Source: Chrysochromulina tobinii (Eukaryota). From it: a DNA stretch of 41,779 nt. Shown here in pieces: positions 29,750-38,707 of the stretch (position 1 is the stretch's first letter; each line of letters begins with the position of its first letter). The DNA is taken from positions 62,001 to 103,779 of the forward strand of contig JWZX01003269.1 of assembly GCA_001275005.1 (NCBI GenBank). Direction: 5' to 3'. Under the pieces are notes generated by a model. That model was not told the DNA's origin. It did no database searches and worked only from the letters and a program-made list of their open reading frames with translations. The position numbers and the translations under genes are program-made.

Positions 29750-31156
29750 ATGCCTCTCACCCGCGGCAGCGCCTCGGCCGCCAGTGTACCGAATATATCG
29801 GCCATGGTGCCGCCGTCACCGCAGAAGCTCAAGAGCAAACTCACCCTTCAGCTCTCATCGTTGGGTTCCCGCGTGAGGTCCAAAACCCAACTAATCGTTG
29901 AGGACGGCCGTCGGGCCCTCAAGGTGGCCATCCGGCACCACAGAGCAGAGTACATTGTCCACGAGAGACTCCTGCTCATCTTCCTTTCGCGCAAGACGAA
30001 GAAGATGCCGAAGCTCATGGACCCACTAGCACGTTGGCGCACTGCATGGCGGTGGCTGGGCGTCCTCCTCCTACTGCTCAACTGCACCGCTCAGTGTGCC
30101 GACAGCTGGGCACGCTACCGCTGTGACGAAGCAGGCCCTTTACTGCACGTCGAGTCCTGCAGCGATTATGGCCGCCACCGCGCGCACATCGCCTCGGGCC
30201 TCGGAACGGCTGTCCAGGTCTTCTCGCTCGGAGAGCTGATGCTCGGCCTGGGCACAGCTCACGCACTCCCTTCGGCATCCCCTTCGCTGCTCCGCTACGG
30301 AACGTCGGTGGGACCGACTTCCGTGGTACTCTTTGGGATCGATGGGCTGCTGCTGCTCAGCGCGCGCCCCCTATCTTCCGATGCGTTCGAGGGTTGGTGG
30401 ACCCCGCCAGCCGAGGACACGCCGCCGCCCCTCGAACCTCCGCGACGAGCCGGCGACAGCCTCGAGCGCCAGCCTTGGTGGGCTCGAGGCTGGCTCGGTG
30501 ACCTCACGCGGCCGCTCATCTCAAGCCGCCCGGTCAAGAGCATCGTGGGCTACCAGCGGCTCAAGGCCCTGAAGCCCATGCCGTGGCCCATCCAGACGGT
30601 CATCGATCGTGCTGTCATCGCGTGGCTCGGGACGGGGGACGAGGGGTTCCGCAATCTGATCAGGAATCTGCCCTTTATCGGGGACGCCCTTCTCGAAGGT
30701 GACTTGCTCCAGGCGGCCGTCACCAATGCACTCTCGAGCGTCAAGCTCCTGGTGCTGATTGCGTCGGCCATCAAGGCTGCACGCATGAGGATGCGCCTCC
30801 GCGCGGTCAAACGCACCGCCGCCGCCCTGTGCATCTTGTCGTGCGTACGCCGGTGGCTTGCGCATGGTCGTGTGGCTCGACTGCGGGAGAAGCACGAGCG
30901 GGCTGCCCTCGCTGTGGAAGCGCTCTCGGCCATGCGCGTAACCCAATCGCAGTCGAGCCACGGTTGTGGTGCCGCCAAAATGGCGGCGGCGAGCGGCGGC
31001 GGCTGGGGTTACGGATGGTCGGGCGCAAGCCTACCCGCCGACATGGACCAGATCGGGGCGATGAGGGCACGATCGCCGCAAGGTGCGAGGGCTGCCAGGG
31101 AGGCGCTGAGGGCGATGGGACAGGAAACTGAGGCGATCTTATTAGCCTCGCTGTAG
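29750..31156 (+). CDS. Hypothetical membrane protein with a possible IQ-like motif
   Basis: Long ORF filling the gap between genes, several hydrophobic segments, and AAALCILSCVRRWLAHGR near the C-terminus. Confidence 0.55.
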   Translation: MPLTRGSASAASVPNISAMVPPSPQKLKSKLTLQLSSLGSRVRSKTQLIVEDGRRALKVAIRHHRAEYIVHERLLLIFLSRKTKKMPKLMDPLARWRTAWRWLGVLLLLLNCTAQCADSWARYRCDEAGPLLHVESCSDYGRHRAHIASGLGTAVQVFSLGELMLGLGTAHALPSASPSLLRYGTSVGPTSVVLFGIDGLLLLSARPLSSDAFEGWWTPPAEDTPPPLEPPRRAGDSLERQPWWARGWLGDLTRPLISSRPVKSIVGYQRLKALKPMPWPIQTVIDRAVIAWLGTGDEGFRNLIRNLPFIGDALLEGDLLQAAVTNALSSVKLLVLIASAIKAARMRMRLRAVKRTAAALCILSCVRRWLAHGRVARLREKHERAALAVEALSAMRVTQSQSSHGCGAAKMAAASGGGWGYGWSGASLPADMDQIGAMRARSPQGARAAREALRAMGQETEAILLASL

Positions 31157-31422
31157 ATCTAAATGGCCGCGGCGGGACGGGAGCGTAAAACTATAGCGCC
31201 GGACGATGCTATAGCGTCTGAGTCTATAGGAGGGGCGTCCGCCGGTGACGTCGATCGTCGGTGCGATGTGCTTCCGAGGATGGTCAGCTTTTCACTGCGT
31301 TCAACGCAAATCGAAAAAGAGAATTTTGTTCTAAATGAGACACGATTCACGATACGGCGTACGTCCGCACGTGTGCCGGCAAAACATTCCCGCTATCGTA
31401 TTCGAGCTTAGCACGGTGACGG

Positions 31423-32982
31423 TCAGAGCGAACTAGACGCATACCACATCGTGAAGGCGCACCTCGGGGTTGAGTCGTCGTTAGGTAGCACCTCGTGCAG
31501 AAGCGCCGAGTCGAACACCACCAGCCGGTCGCCGATGGGCTCGATCAACTCGGCGGCATACGCTCCGTCGGGCCACAGGCGCAACTCGCCGCCGCGATGC
31601 GTCTCCAAGTTCGTGTAGTAGATGGCCGTGTACGCGCGATCGCGGCTGCTCCCGCCCCAGGCATGATCTGCCTCATGCGCTTCCCGGGCGGTCGCATCAG
31701 CCCCCGCGGGGCTTTCTGGCGGTCTGGGCCGGTCCTCGTGCGCGCGGTAGAAGGCGCCGTGCTCGTAGCAGGCGTACTGCATCGATTCGCGCGGGAAGAG
31801 CGGGGGTCGATCTGCCGGCCAGACGGGCAACAGTTGAAGGTGCAGTTGACGTATGAAGAGCCGGTGGAGCGAGGAAAGGCCCGAGATCAGCTTCTCGCTT
31901 AGCCGCATGCCGCGCTGCCAGCGCGCCGGCTCCGCGATCGGTAGGCGTACGACTCGATCGCGGCGCGTCTCGGGGCGCTCGGCGGGAGCTGAGTGGAGGT
32001 CATCGCTGCCAACCAGTCCCACGTGACCAGCGCCCATGACATGACCAAGCTCCTTCGGCGCGTGCTGCAGCTTGCTGAGCTCCGCCGCCCCGAGGACACC
32101 ATCGATCACTACCCAGCCTCGAGCGCGTAGTCGTCTCATGGCCGCAGCGCTCAGGCCGCGCAGAGGCCGAGTGCTGTGCGCCTCGTCGTCGTGTCCGATC
32201 GCATGGCCGACTTGATCGTCAGCAGCGGCGACCAGATTCGCTCCGAGCAAAGCCCAGTGGTCTGCGCCGTAGACGCTCTCTGCCGAGCTCGCGCCTCCTG
32301 CAGCACCAGCCGCGATGGCGGCTGACAGGCGCGTCGTCGCGGAGAGGTCAGCACGAGGGGACAGCGCTCGTCGCAGCACGTGCGACGGAAGATGGGTCGG
32401 GCGCAGGCGCGCGGCAACTTCCAAGCTGCGTGCCGCCTCCTGCGACCATCCCACTGAGAGCAAAGTGATCGCGCGATCAAAGTGATAGTGTGCCTGCGCA
32501 GGATCAAGCTCAATCGCCCTGGACATAGCATCGATGGCCCGGCGCGTGTCGCCTGAACGCTGCAACGCCACGCCCAGGCTCGCATGCACGTCGCTGTCCT
32601 CTGGCGAGACCTCGAGGGCCCGGTTCAACAGGACACACGCGTCCTCCGGACTGGCGTCGAGCGCCTCCTCAGCAACGCGGAGCGCCGTGCGGCTCATCAG
32701 TTTCCGTGCCATTCTATCCGCCCCGCCAAGCTCGATCGCCGTCTGGAAGCGGTCAAGTGCCTCGCGCCGTCGCTCTTGGGCAACGAGCGTGATGCCGAGC
32801 TTAATGTGTGCGTAAGCAAAGAGAGGTTGCTGCGCCACAGCACGCGCAAAGATGCGCTCTGCACCCTCTGCATCTCCGCCTGCGAGCAGTGCATCGCCCT
32901 TCTCAAACGCGTTTGAAGGTGCAAAGTAGGCCAAATACAAGCCTAAAGCGATCGCCGGAGCCAGGACCAGCGGTCCAAGCAT
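31423..32982 (-). CDS. TPR-containing 2-oxoglutarate/Fe(II) dioxygenase (EGLN/prolyl-hydroxylase-like)
   Basis: N-terminal hydrophobic anchor (MLGPLVLAPAIALGLYLAYF) and several TPRs. Catalytic HxD (YRAHED), TAIYY, GGELRL, GDRLVVFDS, HEVLP and R.AFTMWY. Confidence 0.85.
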   Translation of the reverse strand: MLGPLVLAPAIALGLYLAYFAPSNAFEKGDALLAGGDAEGAERIFARAVAQQPLFAYAHIKLGITLVAQERRREALDRFQTAIELGGADRMARKLMSRTALRVAEEALDASPEDACVLLNRALEVSPEDSDVHASLGVALQRSGDTRRAIDAMSRAIELDPAQAHYHFDRAITLLSVGWSQEAARSLEVAARLRPTHLPSHVLRRALSPRADLSATTRLSAAIAAGAAGGASSAESVYGADHWALLGANLVAAADDQVGHAIGHDDEAHSTRPLRGLSAAAMRRLRARGWVVIDGVLGAAELSKLQHAPKELGHVMGAGHVGLVGSDDLHSAPAERPETRRDRVVRLPIAEPARWQRGMRLSEKLISGLSSLHRLFIRQLHLQLLPVWPADRPPLFPRESMQYACYEHGAFYRAHEDRPRPPESPAGADATAREAHEADHAWGGSSRDRAYTAIYYTNLETHRGGELRLWPDGAYAAELIEPIGDRLVVFDSALLHEVLPNDDSTPRCAFTMWYASSSL

Positions 32983-33594
32983 GGAGAAAAGGCCGAATGA
33001 GTCTTCGTCGTCCGAAGCCTGCTTCTCTCGATGGACACGCAACTCACGAGCAGTACGAGCGCGTGCGCGAATGGGCTTGCAGCTGTTTCTCGGCGTCGGG
33101 CAAATCCTTCGGCGCCATTTCACGTTCCTCAGTTGCTCATAGACCTCCTGGGGAGCGAGCCGGGAGATTTCGACGCGCACGTGCGTGCATGCGTCTGCCT
33201 GCACGTCCCTGCCGAGGAGACCCGACGCGAGGGGGTGCGGTTGCGGAGGTACCGGTAAAACGCCGATACTTCCCCGGAAGTGGGATTCCGGGGGGCGCCC
33301 CCGGGACACAGTAACTTTAATTATACTTATCATGCCGTCGGCGGGATGGACGACGACGGCATGTTGAACACGATCCGATGTTGCAGCCGTCGCCCACGGT
33401 GCGATCGAGAACGGCGAGAGCTCGGCCTGTCGAGTGGCTTCTCCTGCGGTTCTAACGCCGCACAGACGTAAGCATCCCATAGAACCCTATCCATATAGTA
33501 CCCATGCTGGCACAGGCCTCTATGTAGCCAGCTGCCGGCATGGCGCAAATAGATCTGCACTTGCATGCGATCTTGGCGCGCCAAGCACTTGCAA

Positions 33595-34250
33595 TCACTC
33601 GTACACCCAAGCATGCGAGTGATCCTTCCAGGCGAGCACCTCATTGTCGTCGAACCATAGCTTAATCTCTTTTTCGGCGCTTGCCACGGAGTCGGAGCCA
33701 TGGCAAATGTTGCGGCCCACAACGATCGAAAAGTCGCCTCGGATCGTACCCGGCGCTGAGGCCTGTGGGTTTGTCTCGCCGAGCATCTGGCGCCCCATGC
33801 GCACAACATTCTCGCCCTCCCAGACCATGCAGGTCACTGGTCCGGATGTCACTGTCGAGAGAGTCAGATCAACAATGTGGTCAGAAAGCTGCTGGAATCC
33901 ATGAGTGATGGGAGTGGTTGACCACCAATTTGCGCACTGTATTTGAGCAGACCGGGAAAGAACGGCTTCTCTTGGAGGTCGCCGTAGTGCTTTCGCAGCA
34001 AATCCTCATTAGCCTGGTACAGCTTGAGCGCTCCAAGCTTGTAGCCGCGCTGCTCAAAGCGCTTGATGATCTCGCCGACTAGGCCCCTCTGCACGCCATC
34101 CGGCTTGATCATGATGTAAGTGCGTTCCATGGCCATGCGTACAGCACTTCGAGACCTCGTCAGTGTCACCGGAGGACCGCTGAAAGCATGAGTGGTCGTC
34201 GCACAGACCAATGCGATGGCCAGCCTGGCCGCGCGTCGCACCTCACACAT
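33595..34250 (-). CDS. ndk: Nucleoside diphosphate kinase, probably plastid-targeted; intron 33937-33852
   Basis: [33 protein letters not shown] and [17 protein letters not shown]...GACAG intron restores KY-M-TSGPV. N-terminus is a signal peptide ending THA-F followed by a Ser/Thr/Arg transit region. Confidence 0.93.
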
Positions 34251-34934
34251 GTTGAAAGCGGTCGTACGAAGGCCGTCGTCGAACGAGGAGATCGACGAGA
34301 TTGCCGAAGAGAAGCCCCCGACTCGCCCCTCTCCCTGGCCTGCCTGGCCGCTAAACAAATAACAGCCCCGCAAGAGCCGCGCTAATCAAGTTCCTCAAGA
34401 CCTCGAGACAAATCTGCAATTGCAAATCTGCTATCTGGGTGAATCTCTCTCTCTGATCCCGTCTGACCTCTGTGTCACTGTGGTGTCGCCGCGAGGCGGT
34501 GGGGGCGCGGGCGCGGCGTACGCGCGGCGCGGCGGCGGGCGGGCATGCTGATCACATGCCCTCCGAGTAGGCCGCAGGCGAGGCCGAGTGCCGCACGAGC
34601 AACGCACGAGTAACGCAGAAACGCACGAGGCCGGGGGGCGTGCGCCGGGGCGTTCGCGGGCGCGGCCACCTGAATCAGCCTGATGACCCCTTGGAAGAAT
34701 CAAACTCCGCCGCGCGTGGGATGTACCTTTTTCGTAAACTTCTGCAAGCTCGGCATCAGCAAGCGAAGCACGGATGCATCTAGCAATCTACCGATCGATA
34801 TTTGACCCAGAAAAAATCGCAAGAGATCCAATGAAGAGATCGGCGGCCCATATATCGATAACAAAAATGTACACCGCCACGCCAAGGTAGCGGCCGTCTG
34901 CGTCACATGTGACGGGCACAGGAGCGCGGCCTTT

Positions 34935-35678
34935 TCACTCCTTGTAATCGTCCAGGATCGGGAACTCCACACCGTCTTCCTCCGGCAGAGCGTACCCATC
35001 GTCGAAAATGGCCGACATCATGCCTGCAAGCGGGTCGGCCTGCTCCGGCGAAACGTTGCCTAACTCTTGTGCGGCCTCGTCAGCTCGCTCCAGCGTAGCG
35101 AGAAGCGCGACCGCCTTCTTCATGTTGGGCATTTTCTCGCGCACGCCTGCAGCACGTGCCTCTGCGATCACACGCTCAAGCATGACCCGCGACGCGTCCG
35201 TCGAGTATTTGCCTGCGTCAGCGACTGCCTGTTTGAGCTGCTCGTCGGCGACGAGGGCGGGCGACGTCGCTTTCCCCGCGTTCTGCAGCATCTCGCGCGT
35301 CACGCCCTGGAAGGGCTGTCCCATCTTGCCTTGCCCTGCCCCTCCGGGCTGGAAGTAGTCAAAGCTGTCCTGATACTCCTGATACTCAGCCGCCTTGCGC
35401 TCGGCTTCCTCGCGCTTACGCGCCTGCTCCGCCTCGGCGGCCGCCAAGCGCGCGCGCTCCGCTGCCTCCCTTGCTTCCACAATTTTCTGGTACCGCTCCC
35501 TCTCCTCCTCCTCACGCTTTTCCTTCGCCTGCACCCAGCGATTGCCGCCAAGTTGCATGACGATGACGCGCCGCTGGTGACCCACCGTAGTGGCCTTCAG
35601 GGGTGTGAATCGCGGCTGCTGCAGCGCGTTCGCAAGTACCACATGGATCAGCAGAATCGCGTGTCGCAAGAGTATCAT
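34935..35678 (-). CDS. Hypothetical protein with a bipartite (plastid-type) targeting sequence and charged coiled coil
   Basis: MILLRHAILLIHVVLANA signal, basic transit-like stretch ending RRVIVM, then an E/R/A-rich helix. Confidence 0.65.
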   Translation of the reverse strand: MILLRHAILLIHVVLANALQQPRFTPLKATTVGHQRRVIVMQLGGNRWVQAKEKREEEERERYQKIVEAREAAERARLAAAEAEQARKREEAERKAAEYQEYQDSFDYFQPGGAGQGKMGQPFQGVTREMLQNAGKATSPALVADEQLKQAVADAGKYSTDASRVMLERVIAEARAAGVREKMPNMKKAVALLATLERADEAAQELGNVSPEQADPLAGMMSAIFDDGYALPEEDGVEFPILDDYKE

Positions 35679-36520
35679 CCCCTTCCTTGTGCTTTCCTGG
35701 CACCTCGAATTTTTGTGCCCGAGACCGAAGACTATGCATCTTTCGTCTATGGACTCCTTGTAAGAGTAGAGTATCGTTGCCGTCATGGCAATTTTGAAGA
35801 GTTCTTCCCGTTCCGCGGAGAAAACTGGTGTGAAAGCCCACACCTAAGGCTCAGGACTAGGCCAGCCAGCGATCCACGCCAAGGGGCTGATGCTGTATAT
35901 TGCCTACGCCGCTGCCCTCGCGGTGATGGGCCTCATCGCTGGCGTGGGCTACTACTGGAAAAAGCAGCAAAGTGTCGAGATATCTGATTCTTACGGACCT
36001 GCTTTGGGATAGCGCCATCACAAAAGGACCATGATCACGTGCACATCTCTGTGTGTGCGTCAATGTGTCGGCACCATAGTACCGCCGATCTCTACCCATG
36101 CATAATATGTAGGCTCCGCACAAACGCGGTGCGGAGGCCGTGCCTGTGCGCGCCTACAGGATCTGGAAAGTGCACTGTCACGCGACTGACGCATGTAAAA
36201 CATCGTCGTATCTCTCTATACGGGGTTCTCAGTCATGACTCAAAGAATATTCACGCGGTGCAGTGGGCACACTCGAACGCGCGATGTACGCTACAATACA
36301 ACCACCGCTGCGCCCGCGAACAAGAGTGTGCCGGAGCTTCCGACGCTCGCACACACCATGGAGGTGCGGATACGACGGCTTGGTATTGGTTGCCGGCAGA
36401 ATGCGTATGCGACACCACAGCGCATATAGCGCCTCTGACTCATCATGAGACGTCTCGCCTCTCGATCGCTCACTCTCTCTCCGTCGTTGCCCGTCCCTCG
36501 CCGTTCGCCGCCCGAGGCTC

Positions 36521-38353
36521 TCAGTACGGGTTCATCAGCGCAGGGTTGTAGGCGGGGCGCTGCTGCAAGACGCTGATCGTCTCCGCATTGATCCCCTGGA
36601 TGATGTTCAGGCACTCCTCGGCGACGGGCTCGAAGAAGGCCTCGCTTCCCTTGGTCTCGATGTACTCGGTGAGCACCCAGATGGTCTGCTCCTGATGTCT
36701 GATCTTGGCCTCGAGCTCATCGAGCGCCGTCGCCACGTCGTCCTTAGCTAGCTTGTCCTTCAGATCGTCGTGGTTCTTCTTCGCCTGCGCGGCACGCGCC
36801 TTGAGGGCGCCGATCTTGCCCTCGGCGTCGGCCTTGGCGGCGAGGGCGTCGCTGCGCTGCTGCGCTGCCTTGTGGCGGAGCGCGTTCAGGTCCTCGTACA
36901 CGACGAGCTCCTCCTCCATGGCCTTGAGCTTCTCCTCGAGCTGGACGATCTCGGCGCCGATCTTCTCGTCGAGGGTCTCGATCTTCTCGAGCTCGGTCTT
37001 GCGCTGAGCGAGCTCGCGCTGAAGGCGCTCCGAGGTGGACACGGACTGGTCCATCGCGTCGCGCTTGAAGTCGAGGTCGCTTTTCATCTCGGCCAGCTTC
37101 TCGTCCGTCATATCTCCCGAGGTCTCCTGCATCGCGAGCTTGCGCGAGATCGACTGGAGCAGCTGCACCACCTCCTCCTGCGCCTTCTCTGTCTTGGCGA
37201 CCTCCTTGGCCTTCGTCGCATCGAACGTGTCGATGAGCTCGCTCATCTCCTTGTCGCGCTGGTACAGCTCCTGGTACTTTTGAGCCTTCGGGTCGTTGGC
37301 CTCTGTCATATCGCTCTGGAGCTGCGCGAGCCGCTTCTTGCCCGCGCGGATGGCCTCTTGGGCCTCGGAGAGTCGCTTCTCGGCCTCGGCGATCTGTGCG
37401 TTGTCGGCCTTGACGCGCGCGAGCAGCTGCTCGCGCTGCTCCTCCTCCGAGAGCTGCGGCCCGTCTAGCTCGCCCTGGAGGCTCTTGTGCAGTCGATCGA
37501 GCCGTACGAGCTCCTCGCGCAGCCGGAATGCCTTGGAGCGCATCGGATCGCGCTGCAGGGCCATCTCCATCTCGCGCGTGCGCTCCTCGAAGAAGCGCAG
37601 GTCACTCTGCCGCTTGGGCAGCTCCTGCAGTGAGAGCACATGCTGCTTCTGGCTCAGCTTGAGGAAGTTCTCCTTGAGCGACGGGTCGATCGCCTCGAGC
37701 TTGGCCGCGAGTTCCTCCTGATGGCGCATCAGCTGGTGCTCCACGTCGCGCGCCTGTGTCTCGAGAGAGTTGCGGTGCTGGAAGAGCTCGTCTACGCGCT
37801 GCCGGTCGGCCTGGTTCGTCTGCGCCAGCGCGGCCGCCTCCTCGTGCACCTCGTCCACCTCCCGGTGCGCGCGCGTCCGGTCGAGCAGCAAGTTGTAGTC
37901 GGCCAGCTGCCCCTGCAGCGCGCGCATATCGTTCGTGAGCGCCTCGTACTTGCGTTCAAGCTGCCCGTATGCGGCGTTGTCCTTCTGCCCCTGCTCGATG
38001 GTCCCCTTGAGCGTCTGGATCTCTCGCTGGATCTCCGTGCACTTGGCCCGCAGCTGCGACAGCCAGTAGGACTGGTCCTGGATCTGGCGCGCTGGGCCAT
38101 TGCCCGCGGTGCGCAGGCCCGAGAGCCCCTGCTGCGTGACCGGCCGGTCGGAGATGTTCATGCTCGTGTTGAGCCCCACGCCCGACATGTTAATCGGCCC
38201 CTGCCGCGCCGTGCCCTGCCGCGAGCCCGGAGGCTGCCGCATGCCGGTGCCAGGGCGCATCCCCGTGCCCGGGCGCATCCCCGTGCCGGGGCGCATGGCC
38301 GCGCCCGGCGGCGGACCACCGCTCGGACGCCCGCGCGATTCGGGACGGTCCAT
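36521..38353 (-). CDS. IFT74: Intraflagellar transport protein 74
   Basis: Basic N-terminus MDRPESRGRP...(MRPGTG)x3, DRPVTQQGLSG, RQIQDQSYW, LQGQLADYNLLLDR, then long coiled coils ending LEAKIRHQEQTIWVLTEYIETKG. Confidence 0.92.
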   Translation of the reverse strand: MDRPESRGRPSGGPPPGAAMRPGTGMRPGTGMRPGTGMRQPPGSRQGTARQGPINMSGVGLNTSMNISDRPVTQQGLSGLRTAGNGPARQIQDQSYWLSQLRAKCTEIQREIQTLKGTIEQGQKDNAAYGQLERKYEALTNDMRALQGQLADYNLLLDRTRAHREVDEVHEEAAALAQTNQADRQRVDELFQHRNSLETQARDVEHQLMRHQEELAAKLEAIDPSLKENFLKLSQKQHVLSLQELPKRQSDLRFFEERTREMEMALQRDPMRSKAFRLREELVRLDRLHKSLQGELDGPQLSEEEQREQLLARVKADNAQIAEAEKRLSEAQEAIRAGKKRLAQLQSDMTEANDPKAQKYQELYQRDKEMSELIDTFDATKAKEVAKTEKAQEEVVQLLQSISRKLAMQETSGDMTDEKLAEMKSDLDFKRDAMDQSVSTSERLQRELAQRKTELEKIETLDEKIGAEIVQLEEKLKAMEEELVVYEDLNALRHKAAQQRSDALAAKADAEGKIGALKARAAQAKKNHDDLKDKLAKDDVATALDELEAKIRHQEQTIWVLTEYIETKGSEAFFEPVAEECLNIIQGINAETISVLQQRPAYNPALMNPY

Positions 38354-38707
38354 ACCGGCTGAGTGTTGCTGCGAGGAGGCACCGCGCACGGCGAGAGCTT
38401 GGGGCGCCGTTGGCGGCTTCAAGAGTCGTCGGTGTGTTCACTGTGAAACTATTGGCTGTGGGAAAGATGAGTTTCAAAGTTTTTCTTCTTTTCATACTTC
38501 GCCTCCACCTGGCCTGCACGCGTTTTTCTCCTTACATGAGGAGAGCTCGTTCCGGCAAACCTTACAGGTCCGCTGCTGGAACTGCTGCTGGAGCGGCAGC
38601 TGTTGTTGCGCTGATCCTCCCATCTGCTGCGCCGAGCCACCGACGTCCTCGCCCTCGCCCTGCACGGGAGAGGGCACCCTGGTCGCTGAGCACTCCGCCG
38701 TCAAGCC

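Noticed and set aside
32983..33480. 166-aa N-terminal extension of the TPR-2OG ORF
   Set aside because: It has no domain-like character and a signal-anchor start exists at 32982. It is probably UTR or intergenic open frame.
11524..38353. Functional flagellar gene cluster (IFT74, p25-alpha-like, NDK)
   Set aside because: The genes are far apart and interspersed with unrelated ones, and the NDK looks plastid-targeted.
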